Source: an uncultured Actinomycetota bacterium (GTDB lineage: Bacteria; Actinomycetota; Actinomycetes; Actinomycetales; Microbacteriaceae). From it: a stretch of DNA of 64,000 nt. The translations under genes and the position numbers were made by a program. This document shows positions 1 through 9,671 of this stretch, one piece after another. A model generated the notes under the pieces. It did not search any database and was not told the DNA's origin. It was given only the letters and a program-made list of their open reading frames with translations. The stretch spans positions 143,482-207,481 of the forward strand of contig CAWGQN010000001.1 in the NCBI GenBank assembly GCA_963824885.1, written 5' to 3'. Every line of letters begins with the position of its first letter. The first letter of the stretch is position 1.

Positions 1-340
1 CGTGAGTGCATCCGGCGAGAACGCCCAACCAAAAAAGGCTGCCGATGGCAGCAAGGAACAGGGCGACCTCCGGGAAGACGATTTCTTTCGTGTCCACCCA
101 CCATCCGAAAGCGTCTCCGAGCCAATGCAGGTAGTAGGCCCACGGCCCACCAATCGGTATGGCCGCTATGACACCCGCCACAAAATAAAGGAGGGCGATG
201 CGGCGGCCGATCTTTTTCCGTGATGAGGGGACGCATAACTGTGGCTTCACGGGAGTGTCCACCGTCGTAGGCTCCTGATGCTTACCGCTCGCTACCCCGA
301 CCACTTGCCCCGGCAACGAGACATCCCCCGAGTCCGTCAT
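1..340 (-). CDS. hypothetical membrane protein (partial; 3' end runs off the window)
   Basis: Minus-strand frame is open from the ATG (revcomp of cat 338-340) to the window edge. It is absent from the ORF track because it has no stop here. The translation MTDSGDVSLPGQ...RKKIGRRIALLYFVAGVIAAIPIGGPWAYYLHWLGDAFGWW...LFLAAIGSLFWLGVLAG contains hydrophobic helices. Its ATG overlaps the upstream ORF stop as ATGA. Confidence 0.45.
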   Translation of the reverse strand, partial: MTDSGDVSLPGQVVGVASGKHQEPTTVDTPVKPQLCVPSSRKKIGRRIALLYFVAGVIAAIPIGGPWAYYLHWLGDAFGWWVDTKEIVFPEVALFLAAIGSLFWLGVLAGCTH

Positions 341-564
341 ATTCCAGAGCTTAGCGACATGCTCGAATGGCCGTCCAGGCCGGGATGCTGGTGGGGGCGT
401 CGAGTGATGCGCAGGCGGAGATAAGCGGTTGAAGAAGCAGATTGAGGAAACCTCGCGGGCATTTCGGCGCGAACTTTTTCGTTGAGCCACACCATCTCGT
501 CGGGGTGCCGTCCGCTGAGCAGCGGGAAAGAGATTTCGTAAATCGTCGTTGTCGGGGTGTACAC
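337..564 (-). CDS. hypothetical small protein (about 75 aa, GTG start assumed)
   Basis: This is the ORF 337..642 trimmed to the first GTG after the ABC ATPase stop. Its stop overlaps the next start as ATGA, which suggests translational coupling. No recognisable motif, and the composition is not very protein-like. Confidence 0.25.
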   Translation of the reverse strand: MYTPTTTIYEISFPLLSGRHPDEMVWLNEKVRAEMPARFPQSASSTAYLRLRITRRPHQHPGLDGHSSMSLSSGI

Positions 565-571
565 AGCATGG

Positions 572-1237
572 CTATTCGCGCTGACGAGGTGCGCCACCAA
601 GCGTGATTTCTCGATCACTTCGTCCGGATACGGAGGTGTCATGCGTCACGACAATGACGGATTTACCCGCGTCCGCGAGGGTTTTGGTGAGGCTCAGGAC
701 GTGGTCTCGGTTGGCACTGTCGAGCGAGCCCGTTGGTTCGTCGGCAAGGATTAGGTGGCACGGCTTGAGGATGAGGCGGGCAATCGCGAGACGCTGTTGT
801 TCTCCGCCTGAGAGCTCATACACTTTGCGATTCGCGTCAAGGTCGAGGCCGACGCGTTCCATCGCGCGTGTCCGAGTTTCTCTTTTTTCTTTGCGCGTTC
901 CCGGGGTGTAGGTTTGTGCAATCGTGAGGTTTTCGGTCACGGTTGCGTTGTCGATGAGGGCGTAGTTTTGAAAGAGGTATCCGAGGCGCAACCGCAGGAG
1001 TATGCGTGCTCGGCGGCTGCCCGGTTTGGGGGCGCGGCGGCCAAATAGTGTGATCTGCCCGCTGTCGGGCCGATCCAGCAGGCCAAGCATGTTCAGAACC
1101 GTCGTTTTGCCGCTTCCGCTGGGACCGGTAATGGCGACGATCTCGCCCGCGTGCACCGTGAGACTCAGGTTTGAGACGATTTCGTGGCCGCGGAAGCTTT
1201 TGTGGACGTTTATGAGTTCGCAAACGGTGTCAGACAT
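572..1237 (-). CDS. ABC transporter ATP-binding protein of the lactococcin-972-type cluster
   Basis: Walker A GPSGSGKTT, signature LSGGEQQRLAIAR and Walker B LILADEPTGSLD. The MSDTVCELINV start overlaps the permease stop as TAATG. Confidence 0.9.
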   Translation of the reverse strand: MSDTVCELINVHKSFRGHEIVSNLSLTVHAGEIVAITGPSGSGKTTVLNMLGLLDRPDSGQITLFGRRAPKPGSRRARILLRLRLGYLFQNYALIDNATVTENLTIAQTYTPGTRKEKRETRTRAMERVGLDLDANRKVYELSGGEQQRLAIARLILKPCHLILADEPTGSLDSANRDHVLSLTKTLADAGKSVIVVTHDTSVSGRSDREITLGGAPRQRE

Positions 1238-3465
1238 TAGAGGTCCCCTTTCAGAATGGTGAGAGTGCGCCGTCGTTCGGTGACCCACAGCACTCCAATG
1301 GCGACGACGCCCTGAACGACACCGATGGCGACAGCCGCGGTGAGCGTGGATTGCGGCCCCGTGTCAGTGTAGGAGAACGGCCGGAAACCGATCGAGACCA
1401 GCCCGACACCGAGCACGGCCTGGACCGTCCACACAAGTGCTCCCAGCCTGATGAACTCCCGGTAGCGCCGCCACGGTGACAAGCCAAACAAGCCGCGAAC
1501 GACAATCGTGCGCGAAAACCGCTCAAACGCGATCGTCAACGCTTGCGCGGTGACAATGACGAGCAATACGGCCAGAGCGCCGAGCACGATCATGGTGTTG
1601 CGCAGGCTTTCTTGGAGGTAGCCAATCTCGGAGAGCTGATATTCGTTAATGGTCGCCAAATGGCGCAGGTTGTCGTCAAGATTGAGTCTTGTGAGCAGCG
1701 GATGGAGGGCGGTGATCGTGGCCTGGGAACTCCCTTCGATCAGCGGAACCTTCAGTCCACCGTCGGGGCCACCCGTGACGGCACTGAGTCGGTCATTACC
1801 CAGACTGTTGGCCTGCGTCATGACTTGAACAATGGGATCCTCAACCGAACCACCGGACGAAGCGGCGACCTCGGGATTAAACGCAAAAATTCGCTGGTCC
1901 TGGTCCGTCCAAATGATCCGCACGGGGTGCTCGTGCCGGGTCGCGCTCACGTCGCGATGGAAACGACTCTTCTCGGCGCGGAACCCGCCCTCGCGTCGGG
2001 TTCGGTAATATTCGGTGATCTCGAGTTCTTGGGAGCGGAATTGCTCGGGCACGAGCACGATCCACGAGGATTCACTCTCATCAATCGTGATCGGCTGACC
2101 GTCCGTGCCACGGATCGGGTAGGCATTGAGGTAGGCAAGATTGACCGTCATTGATCGGTAGACGCCGGCCGGCAGATCGTCCTCAAGCATTTTCTCGGAG
2201 TATTGAACGGCGTCCACATACAAGGCCCCCCGGGCGGTGAGTGCGTCGTAGAGTACTGTCGCCTGAGTGACTTCTCGACCCCCCTTGCCGGTCTGCAGGT
2301 CGACCGAGTCGTTCCCGATGTTAACCGGAGTGAAAACACCGTACCCGCTTGTTGAGGTCCACTGTTGCAGTGCTTCGCGTTCCTTGTTGATGACACCCAC
2401 GTTGGACCAGGCGCCCGCAGCGACGACCACGAGAGCCGCCGACGTCACAACCGACAGGGCGATACCGGTTTTAAACAGCGCCCCGGTGTCACGCCGGTTT
2501 TTAAGCGCGTCCGAGACACGCATTCGTGCCACGTAGGGGATCGTCAACAAGCTCGCCGCAGCGAGCAGGCCCACGGCAACCATCTGGCCGAATGTTACCC
2601 GTGCGACGAATCCGGCGTGCGCACCGGGCACAAGGGCCGCAAGAAAAACAAGAGCGACACCCGTAGCAGCGCCGACGATCATGAGCGGGCGACCCGTGAC
2701 TGTCCACCACACTCTCGTCGCACCGTAGCCCAGCAAGCGCATCGCGCCAGCTCTCTTTGCCTCGTATAGCTGTCGATAGATAGCAAGCACCGCGGTGAAC
2801 AGAAGCCCCGCAAAAACCGCGAGGTGCAAGTAAATCGGTGTGGTATTTGTCGAAATATACAACTGTCGATTCGGTGCGTCTAAATCGGAGGCCACGATCA
2901 ACCGCCCCGCAAGGGTCGTGAACGCAGCAGCCGCAGCGTCCTTAAACGCCGCGCACCCGACCGACCCACACTCCGCATGGTATGTTCCCGACGCAGGCAT
3001 TGCATCGAACGCCGCCCGCAATGGGCGGAACGAAAAACGCTCCTCCCCTCCCAAGACACGCACAACACCAACCGCGTGTGGGTCGTTGGTAATGGACGTG
3101 ACCAAAGCATCGCCGTCTTGTGACTCCTCAGCGGTAAGGAATCTTCCAGACGAGAGGGCGGCGCCGTCGAAAACGCGAGTATCCGGCCCGGTCAACAGCA
3201 CATAGTGGGTCACGAACGCGGAGTTGTTCTGATCGACCCCAACCGCCGTCCGGAAAACATTGGTACCGGTAGCTTCGGCTGCGCTTCGGAGCGCAGACAG
3301 CACCGCATCGGGATCTGTTGCGTCGCTCGGAACGGAAAACGCCTGACCTGCATGGGCTACCGCGCCCGCCATCGCCGTGCGCTCATCGTTCATTGCGTCA
3401 ACAAAGTTCACACCAAACATTGCAGCGCATACCGCGATCACGAGTCCAAACAGGACCTGTTTCAC
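1237..3465 (-). CDS. bacteriocin-associated integral membrane protein (FtsX/DUF1430-like permease with large extracytoplasmic domains)
   Basis: About 740 aa with an N-terminal TM (VLFGLVIAVCAAMF), a central 4-TM block and a C-terminal 3-4 TM block, separated by large soluble domains. It sits between the Lcn972-like precursor and the ABC ATPase, as in lactococcin 972 loci. The GTG start at 3465 is chosen by eye and the true start is uncertain (the ORF extends to 3582). Confidence 0.8.
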   Translation of the reverse strand: MKQVLFGLVIAVCAAMFGVNFVDAMNDERTAMAGAVAHAGQAFSVPSDATDPDAVLSALRSAAEATGTNVFRTAVGVDQNNSAFVTHYVLLTGPDTRVFDGAALSSGRFLTAEESQDGDALVTSITNDPHAVGVVRVLGGEERFSFRPLRAAFDAMPASGTYHAECGSVGCAAFKDAAAAAFTTLAGRLIVASDLDAPNRQLYISTNTTPIYLHLAVFAGLLFTAVLAIYRQLYEAKRAGAMRLLGYGATRVWWTVTGRPLMIVGAATGVALVFLAALVPGAHAGFVARVTFGQMVAVGLLAAASLLTIPYVARMRVSDALKNRRDTGALFKTGIALSVVTSAALVVVAAGAWSNVGVINKEREALQQWTSTSGYGVFTPVNIGNDSVDLQTGKGGREVTQATVLYDALTARGALYVDAVQYSEKMLEDDLPAGVYRSMTVNLAYLNAYPIRGTDGQPITIDESESSWIVLVPEQFRSQELEITEYYRTRREGGFRAEKSRFHRDVSATRHEHPVRIIWTDQDQRIFAFNPEVAASSGGSVEDPIVQVMTQANSLGNDRLSAVTGGPDGGLKVPLIEGSSQATITALHPLLTRLNLDDNLRHLATINEYQLSEIGYLQESLRNTMIVLGALAVLLVIVTAQALTIAFERFSRTIVVRGLFGLSPWRRYREFIRLGALVWTVQAVLGVGLVSIGFRPFSYTDTGPQSTLTAAVAIGVVQGVVAIGVLWVTERRRTLTILKGDL

Positions 3466-3603
3466 CAGCTCACCACACCCTCGACACTCCGACGTCCCCG
3501 CACGCCGCCGACACGCAAGCGGGTCGGCGGACCCACAAAAAGAACCCGCCGACCCCGACAACCGAGGTGATAACTTCCACACCCCCGGATCGGTTGTTAG
3601 TCC

Positions 3604-3912
3604 TTATTTTGTATTCCACCATTGGGCTGCCTGCTCGCTCGCACCACACTGGAGGTCAACCTTCGCCCAATGAGTGGCCTCGGCAGGGTGCGATCTGGAG
3701 TGCGGGCCACACGTAGCCGCAGCGGAATGGTCCTTGCTTGGGTGATTGTAGTGAGACCAGGTTTTCTTGAACCACGGCGGTTCAAACGCGGTCCCATAAT
3801 TCCACTGGCCGCCACCCACGCTGACGATCGTACTTGCGAGTGCGGGAGCTGCCGCACTGATCGTCAACGCACCGACCAGGACTCCCCCCGCAAGCAGGCG
3901 CTTAACATTCAT
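3604..3912 (-). CDS. lactococcin 972 family bacteriocin precursor
   Basis: Signal peptide MNVKRLLAGGVLVGALTISAAAPALA. The mature part VGGGQWNYG...SHYNHPSKDHSAA...THWAKV matches my recollection of Lcn972 (EGTWQHGYG...SNYHHGSKTHSAT...GVWAKA). A GGAG RBS lies upstream of the ATG at 3912. Confidence 0.85.
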   Translation of the reverse strand: MNVKRLLAGGVLVGALTISAAAPALASTIVSVGGGQWNYGTAFEPPWFKKTWSHYNHPSKDHSAAATCGPHSRSHPAEATHWAKVDLQCGASEQAAQWWNTK

Positions 3913-4151
3913 GAGTGTCTCCATTCTTCTTACCGGCCAGAGTTGGCCCTTACGAGGCACAACAATGGCACGGCCCTGCATAGGCCCACAAGACTTCAAC
4001 AGAAGAATTCACCCCTACGCGAGTTACAGTTTGGTTCTACTGAGGTTTCGGTGGGTCGAGCGCGACACCGGTGGCCGTCGCAACAGCCGAGGAAGGTGCG
4101 TCCCATGGAGCCCACGAAACGATTGAGGCGGGGGCGCCACGACCCCGCTGC

Positions 4152-5027
4152 TCACCCAATAAGCTGCCCCACGAAGACGTGCGGAGTGAAGCCCGTGAGG
4201 TCACCGATCCCCTCGCCTTGGCCGACGAGTTTGATGGGAATTCCCGTCTTCTCTTGAACCGCGAGCACAAAGCCGCCCTTCGCCGAACCGTCGAGTTTTG
4301 TCAGCACGAATCCGGTGACCCCAGCGTGTTCGATAAAGGCGTGCGCTTGAGCGAGGCCGTTTTGACCGGTCGTCGCGTCGAGCACGAGCAGAACCTCGGC
4401 AATGGGCGCTTGCTTTTCGATCACCCGGCGAATCTTGGCAAGCTCGTCCATGAGACCGCTCTTGGTCTGAAGTCGCCCAGCTGTATCAATAATCGCAATA
4501 TCGATGTGCTGCGCCGTCGCGCGCTCAATCGTTTGAAACGCAACCGACGCGGGATCTTGGCCCTCGTGCTCGGGTCGCACAATGTGAGCGCCCGCCCGTT
4601 CCGCCCACGTCGCGAGCTGCTCAACCGCGGCGGCTCGAAACGTGTCAGCAGCGCCGACGACGACCGAGCGGCCGTGAGCGCGCAGAAAATGCGCAAACTT
4701 TCCAATCGTGGTTGTTTTTCCCACCCCGTTGACACCGACAATCAGAACGACCGCGGGTCGCTCGGTGAGTCGAAGCGTTGGGTCGAGTCGTGCAAAGCGT
4801 TCTTCGAGGGTCTCGCGAAGCATTCGATCGAGGTCACGAGGATCAGTCGTGCGAAACCGCGCAACCTTGGCTCGAAGATCCGCGATGATCGCGTCACTCG
4901 TGTCGGGTCCAAAGTCAGCCCCAATGAGAGCGTCTTCCAGGTTGTCCCACGTTTCGGCATCGATCATTTGCTGCTGGAAAACCCCTCGCAGCGCGCTCGC
5001 AAGTGACCACGATGTTCGTTCCGCCAT
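4152..5027 (-). CDS. ftsY: signal recognition particle receptor FtsY
   Basis: SRP GTPase NG domain motifs GVNGVGKTTTIGK, DTAGRLQ and TKLDGSAKGG. Confidence 0.95.
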   Translation of the reverse strand: MAERTSWSLASALRGVFQQQMIDAETWDNLEDALIGADFGPDTSDAIIADLRAKVARFRTTDPRDLDRMLRETLEERFARLDPTLRLTERPAVVLIVGVNGVGKTTTIGKFAHFLRAHGRSVVVGAADTFRAAAVEQLATWAERAGAHIVRPEHEGQDPASVAFQTIERATAQHIDIAIIDTAGRLQTKSGLMDELAKIRRVIEKQAPIAEVLLVLDATTGQNGLAQAHAFIEHAGVTGFVLTKLDGSAKGGFVLAVQEKTGIPIKLVGQGEGIGDLTGFTPHVFVGQLIG

Positions 5028-5051
5028 GCGACAAGAGTAGTGCCGACGGGT

Positions 5052-8000
5052 TTACCCCGCTGCCACGGCCCGAGCGGGGACGTCAACGCGCTGGCCCACG
5101 ACCGCCGACACGCCGTCGGCGCGCATTGACACCCCGTACAGTGCATCGGCAATTTCCATCGTTCGTTTTTGGTGCGTAATGACAATGAGTTGCGACGATT
5201 CCCGTAAATTCTCGAAAATAGCGAGCAAACGCCCGAGATTAGCGTCGTCGAGCGTGGCTTCGGCCTCGTCCATCACGTAAAAGGGGCTCGGTCTCGCCTT
5301 GAAAATGGAGATGAGAAGCGCGACCGCCGCGAGAGACCGTTCGCCGCCCGAGAGCAAAGACAAGCGCTCGATCCGCTTCCCCGCGGGTTTCGCGACGACC
5401 TCAATGCCCGTGGCACCGAGGTCGCTCGGGTCTGTCAAGTGGATGCTGCCGGTTCCGCCGGGAAACAAAATGGGAAAAACGCGCGCAAATTCCGCTTTCG
5501 TATCGTCAAACGCGCTCACAAAGATCGCCTGCATCTTGTGGTCAATGTCATCTATGAGAGTCAACAAGTCGCGACGCGTAGTACTGAGGTCGGCCAATTG
5601 CTCGGTCAAAAACGCGTGGCGCTGCTCGAGCGCGTCGAACTCTTCGAGCGCGAGCGGGTTGACCTGACCGAGATGCGCGAGCGTCGCTTCCGCGCGCTCG
5701 AGCCGTTCTTGCTGCCGAGCGCGCTCAAAGGGAATCCCCGGCGCGTTCTTGTCGCTATCGGACTCGTCGGCGTGATCGGGGGCGACAAGGGTGTGCGGCC
5801 CATACTCGTCGATGAGCACTTTTTCGTCGAGACCAAGATCGCTCTTAACTCGCTCGAGGAGCCCCTTGAGCGCGAGCTTCTTTTCGTAACACCGTAATTC
5901 GCGCTCGTGCAGGCTCGCGGTTATCTCACGGTGGCGCTCACGTAATTCGCCCTCGTCGTGTCGAACCGCCGAGAGTTCTCTTTCGTGGTTTGACCGCTCG
6001 GCCTCGACACGAGAAACCTCGAGGCGCGCGTGCGTGACCGACCGGTCGACCGACGCAAGCACGGCGGGAAGGCTCTGTGCGACGGCCGTCGCGGCGGCTA
6101 TTTGCCGTCGACGAATTGCGTGAACGCGCGCGGCGCGTGTGGCCGCGGCTCGCTCGCGGTCACACTGTTTCTCCAGTGACACTACGCGGGCACGCTCGGT
6201 GCGATGCCGTTCTTTTGCCGCCTCAAGCCGGAGGCGAACCTCGACCTCGCGTTCTCGAGCGGCCTCGAATTCGGCGAGCGGCACGTCGCGAGGGTCCGCG
6301 GCGAGAGTCGGTCGAGGAATCGACTGCGCCGCGTCCCGCTCGTGTTGGGCACCGTTCACCGCGGCTTCGGCCTCGACGACCCTCGCGCGCGTTGCCGACA
6401 GGGTCGCGTCGAGACGCTCGAAGTCGGCCACCGCCTCATCACACCGATTCGCAAGGCGACGCGTCGCCTCAACGTGCGCGGCGCGGCGCGCATCACCCTC
6501 GCGCACTTCGGTGACGGCCGCCCGCAATTGCTCCCTCGCGACCTCGAGGAGGCCGCGCTTTTCGGCGAGCGCAATAGTTTCTTGCTCGATGCGAGCGCAC
6601 GAGTCGTTGTGACGCGTGAGCGCCTCGTCACGCTCCCCCGCGAGTTCCAATCGGTTTGGCTTCGCGCGCGAGCCGCTTCGCACAACAACCCGGCTGATCA
6701 CATCGCCGCTTTTGGTGATGAGTGTCGCGGTGGCCCGGTCGGATTCGCTCATTGCGGCCCACGCGGTGCGCGCGGTCGCGATGTCGTCGGCGACGTGCGT
6801 GGACGCCAAAAGTGAGAGGACGCCGTCGGGTGCGGTCACGAGCGACGTGGCCCGAACGAGGCCGGGAAAATGAGGCTCGTCGCGAGATTTCACCGCAACG
6901 GCGCTCGCGACCACAATGTCGACCGCACCTAATTTGTGCCGCGCGGCATGATCGAGCGCCGCCGAAGCGTTCTCGTGCGACATGGCGAGGATTGCGTCGG
7001 CGAGGGGCCCGAGAGCCACGGCAATCGCCGTTTCATATCCCGTTTTCACGCGGGTCGTGTCGGCAACCACGCCCGTGACGCCCGCGAGATGCGCGTCCAG
7101 CATCGTGGACGATCCGCCCGATTCGTCAATCAATCGAGCCAAGGCATTCACCTTCGCGCCGAGCGCATCGCGTTCGCGTTCGCTCGCGTGCACACGATCA
7201 CGCGCTCGCTCGACCTCCGCCTCGGCGTGTCGGGCGTGCGTGTCAGCGAGCTGGTAGGCGTCGCTCGCGCGTGCCCCAAGAACATCGACATCATCGGGAG
7301 CAGAGTACGACTGGGCAGCGATGTTGGCGGCGTCGCTCCGCTCACGCGCGGCAGCCACCGCGCTCGCGTCGCGCTCGGCTTCTTCGCGCAGTGCCGTCAG
7401 ACGGTGAGTTGCGCCCTCAAGGCGCGCACTCAGAGCCGCGATGTCGTGATCGTAACGAGACGCGAGAGTGGTCTGGTTGGCAATCTCTGTGTCAATAGCC
7501 TTCAGACGATTGCGCGCCTCATCGCGCGCGTTCTGTGCGCCGCGCCACTCTCTCTCACCCTCGTCGCACAACTCGCGCGTTCTGGCGACCTCGCGATTGG
7601 CCCCATCGAGATTCTCGCGCGTCGCCGTCGAACCGCTCGGCTGCGCATCCGCCTGATTGCCGAGAAACGCGACGCTCTGATTGACGAGCGTGAACAGTGA
7701 CCGGAACCGCTCGTGCGCGTTTTCAAGGCGGAGGCTCGTGCGCCGAGCCGCGTCGACCGCATCCGTGCTGTGCGCCTCTTCGAGCCGAGCAATCGTCGTC
7801 CGGGCGCGCTCGAGCTGGTCCTCGAGTTCCCCCGATTCCGTGCGCTCGGCGTTCTCAGCGAGGGTGTGCGCGTCGAGAGCTCGGCGCGCCGTGACAATCT
7901 CGTCGGCGAGCAACCGCGCTCGGGCGTCTCGAACGATCGCCGCAATCGTTTGTGCTTCTTTCGCGGCTTCGGCCTGGCGCCCGAGAGGCGTGAGTTGGCG

Positions 8001-8597
8001 CCGCACCTCGGCCAAAAGATCGCTCAATCGAGCGAGATTCGCGTGCATCGCGTCAAGCTTTCTCACGGTCTTTTCTTTCCGCTTGCGATGCTTCGCAATT
8101 CCCGCGGCCTCTTCGATAAACCCGCGCCGTTCTTCGCTGCTCGCGTGCAAGACCGTGTCAAGCTGCCCTTGACCGACGATCACGTGCATCTCGCGGCCGA
8201 GTCCCGAATCGCTCAACAGCTCGTGAATATCGAGCAACCGACACGCGTGCGCGTTGATCGCGTACTCACTCGTGCCACTTCTAAACAGCGTGCGCCTGAT
8301 CGCCACCTCGCCGTATTCAATGGGCAAGGCACCGTCGGAATTGTCGATTGTCAGCGTCACTTCTGCGCGACCCAGCGGACCTCGTGTTGACGTTCCCGCA
8401 AAAATAACGTCGTCCATTGTGCCCCCGCGCAGCGTTTTCACGCCCTGCTCCCCCATGACCCACGCGAGCGCATCGACAACGTTGCTCTTGCCCGACCCGT
8501 TCGGGCCCACCACGCACGTTACGCCCGGTTCGAACGAAAATGTCGTCGGTTGGGCAAACGACTTGAACCCCTTGAGGGTGAGGCTTTTGAGATACAC
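5052..8597 (-). CDS. smc: chromosome segregation protein SMC
   Basis: 1181 aa with N-terminal Walker A GPNGSGKSN, long Ala/Arg/Glu-rich coiled coils, and a C-terminal LSGGERSLAAVALL signature with Walker B FYVMDEAEA. Confidence 0.97.
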   Translation of the reverse strand: MYLKSLTLKGFKSFAQPTTFSFEPGVTCVVGPNGSGKSNVVDALAWVMGEQGVKTLRGGTMDDVIFAGTSTRGPLGRAEVTLTIDNSDGALPIEYGEVAIRRTLFRSGTSEYAINAHACRLLDIHELLSDSGLGREMHVIVGQGQLDTVLHASSEERRGFIEEAAGIAKHRKRKEKTVRKLDAMHANLARLSDLLAEVRRQLTPLGRQAEAAKEAQTIAAIVRDARARLLADEIVTARRALDAHTLAENAERTESGELEDQLERARTTIARLEEAHSTDAVDAARRTSLRLENAHERFRSLFTLVNQSVAFLGNQADAQPSGSTATRENLDGANREVARTRELCDEGEREWRGAQNARDEARNRLKAIDTEIANQTTLASRYDHDIAALSARLEGATHRLTALREEAERDASAVAAARERSDAANIAAQSYSAPDDVDVLGARASDAYQLADTHARHAEAEVERARDRVHASERERDALGAKVNALARLIDESGGSSTMLDAHLAGVTGVVADTTRVKTGYETAIAVALGPLADAILAMSHENASAALDHAARHKLGAVDIVVASAVAVKSRDEPHFPGLVRATSLVTAPDGVLSLLASTHVADDIATARTAWAAMSESDRATATLITKSGDVISRVVVRSGSRAKPNRLELAGERDEALTRHNDSCARIEQETIALAEKRGLLEVAREQLRAAVTEVREGDARRAAHVEATRRLANRCDEAVADFERLDATLSATRARVVEAEAAVNGAQHERDAAQSIPRPTLAADPRDVPLAEFEAAREREVEVRLRLEAAKERHRTERARVVSLEKQCDRERAAATRAARVHAIRRRQIAAATAVAQSLPAVLASVDRSVTHARLEVSRVEAERSNHERELSAVRHDEGELRERHREITASLHERELRCYEKKLALKGLLERVKSDLGLDEKVLIDEYGPHTLVAPDHADESDSDKNAPGIPFERARQQERLERAEATLAHLGQVNPLALEEFDALEQRHAFLTEQLADLSTTRRDLLTLIDDIDHKMQAIFVSAFDDTKAEFARVFPILFPGGTGSIHLTDPSDLGATGIEVVAKPAGKRIERLSLLSGGERSLAAVALLISIFKARPSPFYVMDEAEATLDDANLGRLLAIFENLRESSQLIVITHQKRTMEIADALYGVSMRADGVSAVVGQRVDVPARAVAAG

Positions 8598-8706
8598 GCT
8601 AGTTCCCTCGTTCCCGTGAGCGAGATCTTGTGCCTACGGTACCCGACGCGCGCGAATACCGCGGGCCGGTCGACAAAACGGTCACGAGCGATTCGTGAAT
8701 CGGGCG

Positions 8707-9375
8707 TTAGTCGGCCGCAATTTTTTCCGTGAGCCGTCGCCACGCCTCAAACGCGGCGGCCATTTCGGCATGCCGCTTGCTCGAACCGTCACCCGTCGCG
8801 CTGACCGCGGAACCCACCGTGACGACAGCGTGAAAGACTCGCGCGTGGTCGGGGCCCGAGCTCGTCACCTCGTAGACGGGAACGAGACCGTCGCGCGCGG
8901 CACGCTCTTGAAGGCTGGTTTTTGGGTCCATCGCGACCTCAAAGTGTTCGGGGTTCGTAAACAATGGCGACAGCAACCGCAACACGAGATCGGTCGCGGC
9001 CTCGTGGCCCGCGTCCAAAAATACGGCCCCAATGACCGCTTCAATTGTGTCGGACAGAATCGAGGTTTTGTCTCGACCCCCCGACTGATCTTCGCCGCGA
9101 CCAAGCAAGAGATAATCGCCGAGTCGAATTCTTCTCGCGACTTGAGCCAGAGCCACACTGCTCACGAGGCTTGCCCGCCGTTTTGCGAGCACCCCCTCGG
9201 GAAGATCGGGGTACTCGCGATACAGCATGACCGTGATCGCTTGACCGAGAATCGAATCGCCCAAAAACTCAAGGCGCTCATTGTGCGGAATTCCACCGTT
9301 CTCGTACGCGAACGACCGGTGCGTGAGCGCTTGCTCCAAAAGGGACGGGTCAACGTCGATCCCGAGCGACACCAC
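8707..9375 (-). CDS. rnc: ribonuclease III
   Basis: RNase III signature ERLEFLGDSILG followed by a C-terminal dsRBD. The ORF is trimmed to a GTG (VVSLGIDVD...) downstream of rpmF, so the start is uncertain. Confidence 0.9.
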   Translation of the reverse strand: MVSLGIDVDPSLLEQALTHRSFAYENGGIPHNERLEFLGDSILGQAITVMLYREYPDLPEGVLAKRRASLVSSVALAQVARRIRLGDYLLLGRGEDQSGGRDKTSILSDTIEAVIGAVFLDAGHEAATDLVLRLLSPLFTNPEHFEVAMDPKTSLQERAARDGLVPVYEVTSSGPDHARVFHAVVTVGSAVSATGDGSSKRHAEMAAAFEAWRRLTEKIAAD

Positions 9376-9433
9376 GAGAGATTTCCGGTCCCCGGCGCAA
9401 TTCGGCGGGAGGGCCGACGCGCTCGGCTGCCGA

Positions 9434-9637
9434 CTAGACGTCGGCAACCTTTCGATCTTTGTATTCGAAGAACAGGGGCGTGCCTTGAGAGTCTTCAACG
9501 ACTTTCGCCCGGTGCGGAAGACGATAAGTCGCCTTGCCATTCTCAAGCGTTTTCACGAGCGTGGGAAGCTGAGCTTTCCATTGCGACCGGCGCGCGCGGG
9601 TGTTAGATCGGGACATTTTGCGCTTCGGAACAGCCAT
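9434..9637 (-). CDS. rpmF: 50S ribosomal protein L32
   Basis: [22 protein letters not shown] is the typical L32 N-terminus; 67 aa. Confidence 0.95.
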   Translation of the reverse strand: MAVPKRKMSRSNTRARRSQWKAQLPTLVKTLENGKATYRLPHRAKVVEDSQGTPLFFEYKDRKVADV

Positions 9638-9671
9638 GACACTCTCGCTTTCGTGGAAAATCTAGGGAATC

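Noticed and set aside
2-223. 73-aa plus-strand ORF at the window start
   Set aside because: It is antisense to a better-supported minus-strand membrane-protein frame that is translationally coupled (ATGA) to the upstream ORF.
4125-4148. Short GC hairpin (gcgggg-N9-ccccgc) after ftsY as a terminator
   Set aside because: The stem is only 6 bp and the U-tract is poor, so it is not convincing enough to annotate.
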